A DNA stretch of 63,883 bases, counting the filler, from Hyphochytrium catenoides (taxonomy: Eukaryota; Protista; Hyphochytriomycota): assembly GCA_900088475.1 (NCBI GenBank). It is 5 parts of 5 records of this genome, joined end to end, with 100 filler letters (N's around TTAATTAATTAA, not from the genome) between each part and the next. Parts side by side here need not be neighbours in the genome. Positions count along the whole stretch, not along the records: positions 1 to 25,239 come from FLMG01003348.1; 4 more parts are not named here. One strand, given 5' to 3'. The position numbers and the translations under genes are program-made. Below are positions 1-11,400 of the stretch, piece after piece (position 1 is the first letter of the stretch; each line of letters starts with the position of its first letter). A model generated the notes under the pieces. The model had not been told where the DNA came from. It saw nothing but the letters and a program-made list of their open reading frames with translations, and ran no database searches.

Positions 1-87
1 TCTCTCTCTCTCTCTTTGTGTCTCTCTTCTCTCTCGTCCCTATCCTCTCCTTCCGAACCGCGATGCCTTCTCGTTATCACTTTCCAG

Positions 88-785
88 TTCCTGCTTCGCT
101 GCCCAGAGCATTATCCTCTCCTGTCTATGAATATTGCGGCCCTGCAAATCCAGGTAGGAGAGCACTTTACCTCTGTCTCTCTCTTCTCTCTCTCACTCTC
201 TCTCTTTCTCTCTCTCTCTCCGTGGATGCGTCACTCCTTTTCTCATCCTCTTTCTTGCTGTTCAGCTGCCACTTGCCTTCATCTGACCGCTTCATCTATA
301 TTCTCCCTTTTCGTCTCTTTGTGTTTCCATTCATACTCTCCCTCTCTCTCTTTCCTTTATTTCTCTCCCCCCCCCCTCTCTCTCTCTGCGGTCTTGCTGG
401 CGTCGCTTTCTCTCCAATTTCTCTCGAAGTTCAGCTTTTCTTTTCCAGCTCTTTTCACATTCACTCTTTCACATTCTCTTCTCTCTCCCTCTCTCTCTCT
501 CTCTCTCTCGCTCTCCCATCTTCTTTCTCTCTATCCTCGCTCTCTGTTTCTCTCTTCCCAGCGGACATTCCGCGGTTTCTCCTGTCGTCAGAGTCTAGAA
601 CGCGCCCCCGCGCCGCGCTCTCTTCCTTCTGACGGACTGCTAACGGAGCTGACGCTTTACGGGAGGTACCAGTTGAGAGAGAGAGAGAAGAGGAGAAGTT
701 ACGAAGATCATTGCGCTACCACTATCCAGGTATGATCACATGTGGGGAGAGAAGGGGGGAGAGAGAGAGAGAGACAGAGAGAGAC

Positions 786-824
<39 letters not shown>

Positions 825-1657
825 CACACACAGACACAGAGAGAGAGACAGAGAGAGACAGACAGAGAGAGACACAGAGAGAGAGAGAGGAGAGAGAGGA
901 GAAAGAAAAGGAGAGGTGGCAGGGAAGGGAAGAGAAAGAAAAGAGGAGGATGGAAGAAGAAGCAAGCAGGGCAAAGACCAAATGCTGTGGACGGAGCAGA
1001 ATGAGAATAGGCAAGGAGAAGAGAGAAAGGGAGAGAACGGAGCAGGGAGACAGACTGAAGTCAGAGAGAGAGACAAGGGAGAGAGAGACAGTTAAAACTG
1101 CAGTAAAAAAAGTGAGAAGGAGAGAGAGACGTTCAGGCAAGGAAAGCAGTGCTGTTAGAGACCAGCAAACCGGCATAAAGCCACGAGATGGAAGAGACGA
1201 AGGGAGACACAGACAGATATTGAGAGAGATTGAGATTGAGATTGAGATTGAGAGAGAGANNNNNNNNNNNNNNNNNNNNNNNNNNNNNNNNNNNNNNNNN
1301 NNNNNNNNNNNNNNGGCGAGGGGTGAGAAAATCCAGAGTAGAAGAAAGGAGATAAAGCCTTACTCAATTCTTTTCTCTCTCTAGTCCTGGTGGCGCATGG
1401 CCAGCACTCGCAGAAGGTTCCTCTTCCAACGCTATGCGCTCTATCTGTTTGCCGCCCGAGCTGTAAGAGCTCTACTCTCAGTCTCTCTCTCTCTCCTCCG
1501 CGCTTCGCTACCGTTGTACTCCGTTTCGCTCTCTCGTCTCTCTCTCTCTATATATATATTTCTCTGTTTTTATCTCACTTGCGCGCTTCACATCCGTTGT
1601 ACTCCCTTTCGACTTCCACTTCCTCTCACACTCTCTCTCTCCTTGTTTCTCACTCTG

Positions 1658-1691
<34 letters not shown>

Positions 1692-4167
1692 ATAGATTGA
1701 GAAGGGCTGGCAGCGATATCTAGATAATCAAAGGAAAGAGTTTGAGAGGCAGCAGAAAGCTGCCAGTGTCATACAGAGAGCCTGGAGGAGCTTCACGAAT
1801 AGAAAGGTAAGGCGGCCGCAGCAGGGAAGAAGAGAGACACGGATAGCGAGAGATAAAACAGAGACTTTGCGGGCGAGAGTGTGGAAGACAGAGAGAGAGA
1901 GAGTCTGGTAAAAAGATGAGAGACTGTAGTGTCTTCCTCTTTATGCTTGCGCTCAATCTCTCCCTTCCTTTTGCGCTCTCTCACTGTTTGGTAGCTCTCC
2001 CCCTTTCTTATCTCCTTTGCTATCTGTCTCTTCGTCTCTCTCTTCTCTCTCCCTGTGTCTCTTTCTTCTCTCTCTCTTTTTCTCTCCCCCTCTCTCCCTC
2101 TCTCTCTCCCCCTTGGCTAGAATCCTCTTAGGCCTTTGAGTGTCTCACCACCCCCGTTCTTCTTTGTCCTCACTCTTCGCCTGATAGATATTTACCTTCT
2201 ACCGGGACCTTCTAGACTTCAGAAGAAGCGGGACGCCCTACGATCTGCTGAAGGTGAGATAAAAGAGGAAGAAGATGGAAGAGGTTCTGCAAAAAAGAGA
2301 GAGAGAGAGAGCGGGAGAGAGAGAGAGGCACAAGTCAGGCGAAAGGAGAGAGAGAGAGAGAGAGAGAGGCGGCGAAGAGAGAAAAGAGCTAACTTTCAAA
2401 AGGAAGCAGCAGCAGAAGAGGCAAGATAGAGAGAAAGAGAGAGAGAGAAAGAGTTCTGGAGGGAGAGCGCGCGAGTGTTAGTGCTTAACCTCAGTTTACC
2501 AGGTCGTTAACCCTCAAGAGGCGAGTCTCTTGGATCCAGCCTGCAAGTCCTTCGTCCGCTTTCGCCTAGGCGGGGCGGTGTTCCCTCCCACTGTGTACTA
2601 CAAGGTAAAGAGAATGTCATCTCTCTCCTAGATCTTGGTTTTCTCTCCTTTTCCTCTTTCACTCCCATACTTCTCTTCATAACGACAAACGAACCTCACT
2701 CTAGTGCGACCTTCTCTCTCTTTAACTCTTCTCTGCCCCGTCGGCCTTCCTCTTCCGCGAACTCTATTCGCATCGCATGTGCCCATTCCTTTCCAAACCC
2801 CTCGATTCCTGTCTCTCTTTCCCCTCTCTAAGTTTGTGTCCTTTTGGGGAGAGATGATAATGCTTCTCTCTCTCTCTCTCTCTGGTTTTAGATCTTTACC
2901 GCAGCTGCAGTCTGTGACGTCGGATCCTTCGCGCCGAAGGTAAGACATTAGGTTCCCAGCGAGAAATCACACATCGCACTCTTTCCTTCTCCCTATCATC
3001 TCTTTTCTGCTTCTCCTCTGTTTCTCTCCTGTCTCTTTTTTGCTATATATTATCTCACAAGGATACCTAGGACTACGCAGGAATCAGGGCACCGGACCCA
3101 ATTTTCCTCAATAGCAAGAGCTCAGGCCCTGCGGACAGACAACAGAAGAGAGAGAAAGGGCACATTCGCGTCGGAAGGTCTCTCTTCTCTGCATCTTTTT
3201 CCGACACTTCCTCCATAGAAAACTGGTACAAACGCGTGGAGGGCAATGGCTGGAGACCTGTCTCCGTGAAGACTGTGAGCCAAGCCAACGCCGATGCGTT
3301 CAGCAGGGTAAGTGCCTACTTTTTGGCATCATTTGATGCGTGCGCTGCCTTGCAGCTTATCTTCTATACTCCGATAGAAAACTGGGGCAGTCCCTGTCAG
3401 AGCACACTACTCGCCATTGAAATCAAGAGAGAAGCTTCTTCAGGAGAGCAGAGCGAAGCAAATTATGCGGATGAGACAGCTGTACAGGTGAGAAGAACGG
3501 GACAAAAAAGACTAGCGTCTGGGAAGAAAGGAAGAGAAAGGACTCGGGGGAGGCAAGAGTCGAACGTCTGCTCCATCATCTAACTTTGATGGAGGAGAGG
3601 GGAGGAAAAGGGAGAGAAACGGGGAGAGAAAAGAGGAGAAAGAACTGATAAGGTGGAAGGAAAGAGAACACAGTGGGGCTGGGGATGGGGAGAGAGAGAA
3701 CGGCCTTGCGGCAGAAGGAGGGAAGAGAGAGACCAGTTGTTGCTCTGCAAAAAAAAAAGAAGATTGGTAAGCAAGAGAGCGATAAAGCGCTTTCCAGGTA
3801 TAGGGTAAAGGACAAGCCCCGGCTAACAGTTTATTCATCTGCCAGTGGCAAAACTAGAGAAGGGAGTAAAGCTCCTGAGACTCCATTTGGCGAGGAAGAG
3901 GCGATGGACGAAGATCAAGAAGTGCTGCAGGTAACCTAGTTAGAGAAGCAGGAAGAGAAGAGAGCCAGAGACATGAGCCTCAACGGAACTGAGAGAGATA
4001 CAGAGAGAGAAAGAGAGAGGAACGCTGTACGCGGGCCACAGCACCAGAGAGAAAAGCTAAATAACGTGACTTCGCAGTGGATGGAGACTCTGGATCTGCA
4101 GAAGGATGTCGAGAACTGGAACGACATAGGCACCTCTGCTACCATGGGACCGCCTTTCTTGTCATAG
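88..4167 (+). CDS. C11orf65: C11orf65/MFI-like protein with N-terminal IQ motifs (5'-partial, at least 11 exons)
   Basis: Phase-consistent GT-AG exons: 88-153, 562-729, 1385-1462, 1696-1806, 2188-2253, 2503-2604, 2892-2939, 3071-3307, 3378-3487, 3846-3930, 4078-4167. The product contains AASVIQRAWRSF, NPQEASLLD..VRFRLGGAVFPPTVYYKIFT, WYKRVEGNGWRPVS, MRQLY and WMETLD..NWNDIGTS, collinear with motifs I recall from human C11orf65/MFI. The N gap at 1260-1314 could hide an exon. Confidence 0.88.
745..1259. repeat. (GA)n/(GACA)n microsatellite field with a (GAGATT)n hexamer run, intronic
   Basis: Directly visible; the GAGATT run is at about 1226-1250. Confidence 0.95.
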
Positions 4168-4287
4168 ACGCCGTTGATTCAGTAGACAGAGAGAGAGACC
4201 GGCAGAGGGAGGAAAAGAGGGAGGGCTCTCTTTCTCCCTCCTTTTTTGCTCCTCTCTTTTTTGCACAAGGCTGTCTAGTAGCTGAGC

Positions 4288-5540
4288 TTAGCGCAGTTCT
4301 ACTTTGAGTTTCTCAGCAGCGATGGAACGCACTTCGTTCTAACGTAAAACACGTAGTTTAGGGACTTTGTTAGGAGGATGTCAGCCAGAATGCTAAGTGT
4401 CACAGATTCTCTCTCTCTCTCAGTCTCACCTTCTCCCATATGATGCTCCCCTAGCATACCGGGTTATCCATTATATAAAATCCTTTGACACTGCGTCTCA
4501 CCCCTTTCCACTTTCCTTCTTCAACTTTCTCTTCAACCCCTTTTACTCTCTCCTCTTCTCTCTCTCTCTTTCTCTCTAAAACTTGTCTTCGTTACTCTCT
4601 CACCTGAAGTAAGTCAACCTCATCATTCGTCAGGCTTCTGTCCATGCTTCGATAGTGTATCCGGTAGCACTTGCTCGTCTGACCGCGTTGCGGACTTGTG
4701 AACTCGTCAATCAGATCCACCTACACACCGAAGAGGCAACAACCCAAAGAAAGAAATGGATTAGAGCCCCCATCCGATGAGAAGCCAGAAGAAGACAACA
4801 ATGCAGGAGATACACCGAAAGAGTTCACGAGCAGCTGAATAGCCCTTTTCGCAGGGCCCTTTGAGGGTGGTGACATTCTGAGAGAGAGAGAGATGAGATG
4901 TATGCTGTCAAGAAGAGAGAAACATGAGACTAGGGACTGAGAAAAGAGGTGAGAGAGGGAGAGGAAAAGACCTTTTCGACGAAGTCTCCTGCCACTCCTC
5001 TGACCACCTCACAGAAGTCATTGTCGTGGAAGTGCGCTGGGATCCAGAAGCTAATGTCCTTGTAACACGAGGGATATTTGCTATAAGGCTTGAACTTCGC
5101 TATCTCCCCATCCTGGGCGATAAGAGAACAAGAAGGTCAGGCCCTCTGACAGGAAAGAGAGAGTTGCGCAGACAAAGAAAATGGCTTTTACTCGGTTGAA
5201 AGTGCAACCTTTACCTTGAACTGCCTGGTGAACCGTTCGTCCTGGGTCCAGAAGAGACGAATATCCGGGATGTCGAAAAGAACCATTGCTAGCCGCTCTA
5301 GACCTAGACCAAAGGCCCAGCCCAAGACCTCTCCATGTCCAGAGTTTCTTAGGATTTGCTGCTGGATCACGCCGCTGCCCAACACCTCCAGCCACTCGCC
5401 CTGAAGGATAGCGGAGAAACACTAGCGGTGAGCGAATAACCGACCTCAGGATGAGAACGCGGCAAATGAGAGAAGTTGGGAGACAGCTACATAGCCTGGA
5501 GAAGAATTAGAAAGACGATCTTTTGTATCATAAAGTGGGC

Positions 5541-5575
<35 letters not shown>

Positions 5576-7311
5576 AAGCGAGAGAAAAGAGAGAGAGCGA
5601 GATGGAAAGCGAGAGAAAAAGAGAAAGAGAGAGAAAGAGAGAGAGAGAGAGCAAGAGAGAAAGAGGGGAGCGATAGCGAGAGTGAGAGCAAGAAGGCTGG
5701 GGAAAAGAAAGGAAGAGAAAGAGACCTGAAAATAGACTTCCAGTTCGAAAGACGGTTCTGTGAAGGGAAAGTAAGCGTCCACCCAGCGAACTTCCGTGTC
5801 GCCAAACAGATCTCTGGCCATTCCTTCTAAAGATTCCTTCAAATGCTGCTCCACCTGCTTCGTCCCTTCTTCTCGTGGAAGGTCCTGCAGCTAAGATGTA
5901 AAAGGAGAAGGAAGGAGCAACCGAAGAGACACGTGAGTGGGGCACGACAGTAGGAAAGAGAAAGAGGCGGAGAAAGAGAGAAGAAAAGAGATAGAAGGGA
6001 GAGGGCGAGATGTAAATTGAAGAGGGAAAGAAGAGAGGGCGAGATGAAAGGTGAACAGGAGACTTCACAGAAGAAGGAGTGACCGCGAGTAAAGAAAGAA
6101 AGAGAGAGAGCGAGAAAATAAGAAAGGAATGTCGTCCCAGAAATTCCAAGACGGGGAGACTGGTGATGACTATAGAAAGACGGTATAAAAAGAAGGAGAG
6201 AGACACAGAGAGAGAGAGAGAGTAAGCGCAAGCCTGCGACACTTTACATACTTCCGGGAAGAGTCTGACTCCTTCCATCTGGTGGAACACTGGATAGTGC
6301 GAAGAGTCGATCTCGTCTCGCCGATAGACGTCGCCACTCAGAAGGAAGTTGCGCACATTCTGTTCTAACATTTCCAGCTGATGAGCGCTCGTGTGCGGTC
6401 TGAGCACTAGACTGTCAGTCACATAATATGTGTCGGTGGGTGAGCGGCTAATGTGCGCAGGAGGAATGAGAAGATCGTCGAAGGCTCTCTTGGTAGTGAC
6501 GATGGGGCTAAGATTATCTATGACCTCGTATCCTGACTCGTTCCTGGAGGAGAGAGGTCAGAGAAGAAGAAGAAGAAGAGAGAAAGAGAGAATGAAGGTG
6601 AGAAAGACGACGGCGTGACGAAGGGAAGGATGAACAAGAAAGGAAGGGGGAGAGAGAGAGCGAGAGAGGCAGCGAGACCGAGGCTGAGAGAGGAGAATGG
6701 GAAGGACGGAACGGTGAGCAAGAGAGAGAGCGAGGAAAAAGAAAGATAGGAGAGAAAAAGAAGGAGAGAAAAAGAGAAAACAAGATGAAGAGATAGAGAG
6801 AAAGACGAGAGAAAGAACACGCGAGAGAAAGACAGACAGACACAGAGAATGGAAGGGAGGGAGAGGAAAGAGGAGAGAAGATAAGGTGTTGACCACTTAG
6901 AGGCCTGCGAGGATGGGAGGGAAGATATCGACAGAAGCTGTCCCGACGATAGGGAACACCTCGGGCTATTTTCGCAGAGAAAAGGACATTTGATTTGACC
7001 TGGACTGGGCGTGAGCTTGGAAGAAGTTCTCTATCTTTGTCTTAATAATGTTCAGAGGATGGCCCTGGATCAAGTGAAGATTGCGCCCCATCTTAGCCGC
7101 GACACCTGGCGATACGTTGTTGGATGGATGGTCGTTAATGGGCGGCACTGCGATCAAGAAAGAGAGAGGCACGACGGGGTCAGAGGCATGTTCGGTCAGG
7201 TAAGGGACCTCAACCCCGCGAACCTTGTGTGGAGAGGAGCCTGGGGGTTGAAAGATTCTGCGCTAACGAGGCCCAAGGCCTGGCGCGCTGTCTCCGAAGG
7301 ATAGAGAGCAT
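4288..7311 (-). CDS. FARS2: Mitochondrial monomeric phenylalanyl-tRNA synthetase
   Basis: Exons about 7224-7311, 7000-7148, 6252-6543, 5726-5884, 5215-5400, 4972-5112, 4604-4720, 4288-4338. Arg/Leu/Ser-rich presequence [13 protein letters not shown]; motifs [63 protein letters not shown]; C-terminal ferredoxin-fold anticodon-binding region (KDISFW...[14 protein letters not shown]) ending KVELR*. Confidence 0.97.
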
Positions 7312-7895
7312 GCTGCCTAGCACCAAAGGGTCCTACCCTCTATTTCTCTTTACTTGGCTGGAAGGATAGGAGAGGAGTCCAAATGAAGGTGGCTGTGACA
7401 CCCAAAAAAGCCTACAAACGAGTCCTTCTGCAGCACCGGTCAGGAGCTATGAAACTGTCTCATGCAATAGGCAACTAGCTGGCATGACCGTCCTCTCAAT
7501 AGTCTCAATCTCAGTCTCCGTCTGCGTCTGAATCTGCATCTCTCAAGCTCAAGCTCAAGAAGTTGATGGTGCAGCTCAATGAGAATCACCGCCTCCCTCG
7601 TAGCCGTTAGCGTCTAGATAGCGCCTAACGGCTATCCTCAAAACAGTAGAGCCATTGAGATATATATTCGAGGATGATTGCATGTGTAATGACACCATTA
7701 TGGCCACTCTGTCATGACATGTGGGAGTGGACTCACGAATAGCTTGTTCAGGAAAGAGATCGATTTATTCTGTAATAGATACTATCATAGTGCTTCATAT
7801 TCAGGATCAATGGCTTTTCGGTGTGTTTCCGTTTTACTGTGACCGAAGCCTTCTCTCCCTTCGGCGCTGTGTCGCTTCACTTCGCATCCAGAGAA

Positions 7896-7936
<41 letters not shown>

Positions 7937-8458
7937 ACGTCAACGACAGAAAGAAAAGATGGAGAATATTTAAAACAGAGATAAGAGAGAGAGAGAGCAA
8001 GTGAGACAGATAAAGGGGTAAGAGAGAGAGAAAGCCAGAAAGAGAGAGAGGTAGAGGTCAGAGAGAGAAAGAGACAGGAGCGACATCGAGAAAGGTTAAG
8101 AAAGAAGTTGAGAAGAGGGCGCGATAGAAGAGATAAGAGAACAAAGGCTTGTCACAGACAAGAGGTAGCTAAAGCGAGTGAGAGAGATACGAAAGGGAGA
8201 GAGAGAGAGAGAGGAGACAGAGAAAGAGCTACATGCTGAAGAAGGAGATGAAGAGAAACTGAAGGGAAAGACACCACTAGATCCCAGCAGCTTCAGCCGC
8301 TGCCAATTGCCTCTGTCTATTGTTTCACCTTCGTCACTTCGACAAAGCCACAACATCTCCGTCCATGCTCAAGAAGAGCTCTTCTTCATAAACAGCAAGA
8401 GCCGCTCGAGCGCAGTCGAAAAGGGAGAAGAGAGAGAAAGAGAGAGAAAGAAAGAGAG

Positions 8459-11400
8459 ATGGAGAGTAGTACTAAGCCAAGAATATTCACCTCTTCTGGA
8501 GAGCGCTTAGTCAAGCCTCCATCTCTGTCACTCTCGTCATCTTCCTCTTTGCTTCCTCAAAGAAGACCTTCTCAGGTCGCGCCTTTGGACAGGACTCGGC
8601 CAGCAAAAGTGCAGAAGAATGACCTTCTCTCTCTTGCTTCTTCCAGTCAAAAAGAGAGAGACAAAGCTGCAGTCTCTCCTTCTCCCCAGCGGCTTCTTAA
8701 ACCTGTTCGTGGTCAAAAGAAAGCGAAGCAGAAGGAGGAGCTAGAGGGGTTGCTCTCCAGCGTAAAGACACTTCTAGAAAGCAAGCACCAGGAGAGAGAA
8801 AGAGGCGGCCAACGACAGCGAGAGGAAGAGAGAGAGAAAAGAGAGAGACCCAGTGCACGAGGACGAAAGAGACCTCTTCCGAAAGAGGAAGAAGAAGGAA
8901 GAGGGCAGTACCGTGCCAGGCGCCCTCTCTCTTTCTGCGGATCCATTCCCTCAGTCATTCTATATGAGCCATACAGCTGGAGGCCGAAGAAAGATATAGA
9001 TCTCTCTCTTTGGGAAAGCTGTCTCTCTCCTGCTGCTGTTGAGGCAGTGTGCACCGCCAATAGCACGATAGAGAGTCTCTCTCTGCATGACTGTCCCTCT
9101 CTTTCTCCCTCTATATTTATTGCCATTGGCGCTTCGATGAGCTCTTCTCTTTCTCGCCTTGATCTCTCTCGCTGCTCGCAGTTGTCAGACGAAGGAATAT
9201 GTGTCATCGCCTCTCGCTGTTCTCTTCTCTCTTCTCTCTCTATCTCTCACTGCCCACAGCTCACAGGCCGGTCCTTGTTGGCCCTGGCAGAGCACAGCCG
9301 GAACTTAACAGCTCTGGACGGCTCTGGCTGTCCCAGCTTCGGAGGCGAAGTGCTTAACCGCTTCATCTCTCTCTCTTCAGCCATCAACAGCATCGCCCTC
9401 AGCCGTTGTCCCCTCATTTCAGACGAGAATCTGCAGATGATGGGCCAGCATTGGACATTAGGCTTCTGTGAGCTTACCCACTGCGAGAGAGTGGGCGATG
9501 CAGGCGTCCAAGGCCTGCTAACGACAAAGATGAAGAAGCTTCAGTCTCTATCCCTGGCTCATTGTTCGCTGCTCACCGATGACGGCTGCCGCGCCTTCTT
9601 AGAGAAGAAGATTATCTATGGGTTTAAGTCCACAGGCGGCTTCCGCAGTCTGAAATCTTTGGATATCTCTGGATGCAGACGGCTCACGGAGCTATCGCTA
9701 AGCTATATCGCTGCAGGCTGTCCTAACCTCCAGAAGCTCATTGTGGAAGACGTGGGTCGTTCGGTGCATGGACGAAGAGGGTGGCAGGCGCTTGGCAGTC
9801 TGCAGAGTTTAGTGGAGCTCTCTGTCTCTCCCATTCTTCTCTCTTCTCATCTTGTCACATCGCTAGAGGCGCAGGGACCCACTGACGAGGCTTTACTAGC
9901 TTTCTTAGAGGCGCGGATAGCTCTCACTTGCCCGTCGTTGCAGTCTCTCTCTCTTTCTGGTTGCACCGAGCTCTTCACTGATCGTTCAGCGACTCTATGT
10001 GTCCAGGGAAACGCTATGATTGAGCATCTAAATATCTCTCAGACGCTGGTCTCAGATGAAGCTCTGAGAGAGATCTCATCGCATTGTCGAGCGCTCACAT
10101 CGTTAGATCTGTCGCATTGTCCTCATATAACAGCGGCAGGGCTTCTCTCCTTTTCACAGAGAAAAGTGGACTCCCTGACGGAGCTCAACATCTCCTTTTG
10201 TCCATCTTTGCGATGGGAAGAGCTCTCTGTTCTCAAGCACTTTCGTGCCCTCAGGGTGCTAGAAGCGTCAGGCGTGGACGATATAAGGACTGAAAAGACT
10301 GGAAAGACAGAGAGAGAGAGAGACGAAGAGAGAGACGCGTCTCCTGGCGGCATCGCTGACTCTCTGCCTGTCCACCACTATAGAGCTCTCTCTCTTTCTG
10401 ACTATGCTGAGAAGCTGGACGATGACGCTCTGGAAGGTTTGGCCCATCGAAACAGAGCGCTCTTGCGAGTGAATCTCTCTCGGTGCAGAAGACTGACCAA
10501 CAAAAGCATAAAAGTCCTTCTGTCTAACTGTCCCCAACTGAAAGAGATAGAGGTTCCGAACTGTGAGGGGCTGCGTATGAACGAGGAAGAGGCAACTGCT
10601 CTTGAAGAGTTCGTGCAAGGCCTGAGAGAGCTTCAGAAACGAGAGAGAGAGACAGAGAGACACAGCGAAAGAGGGAGATCGCTTTCTTTACGTTATCTTA
10701 GCTGCGTCTGGGCTCAGGAAGACGGTGAAGAAGGCACGCGAAGACTGGAAAGGATCACGCAGGTCAAGAAAGACAGGGACCAAGAAGAGAGAGAGAGACA
10801 GGCAATCAGAAGAGAGAAAGAAGAAGATGCCGCCATCCGCCTACAGAGTCTCTATAGAGGACACACAGCGTACGAGGCACTGCAGAGGTACAAAAAGAGA
10901 AAGAAAGAGAGAGAGAGCGCAGCAGAAGAGATGAAGGGGATCTTCACTCGAAAAAGAGAGGACCACGCTGCCTGGGTTATACAGAGAAGCTATAGAGTCT
11001 ACCGCATGAGAGAGAAAATAGCCAGAAAGAGCATGCGGAAGTCTCTCTCTCTGTGGAAGAAGTGGAAGAAGAAAGAGAGGCTTCTGAGGAAGCTGGAAGA
11101 GCTGTCTCCAGGGACACTGAGCTTCTCTTTCACTTGCTGGAAGGATCACGCTGCTAGACAAAAGAAGAGAAAGTCTAAACGTCACCGGGCGATGATATTC
11201 TGGAGAGGTCACACCCGGAGCACCGTGTTCCACCGATGGAAAGAACAGGCAAAGGAGAGAGAGAGAGAGAGAAAGTACCTTGTCACAATCTTTCTTATTG
11301 CTATCCCAGGCTTTGCCGCTCTCAACAGCTTGAGGCAGAGAGAGAGAGAAGAGAAAGCTCGCCTCTTTCATAGAAAGAACCTCCTAGCGCCTTGCTTCAC

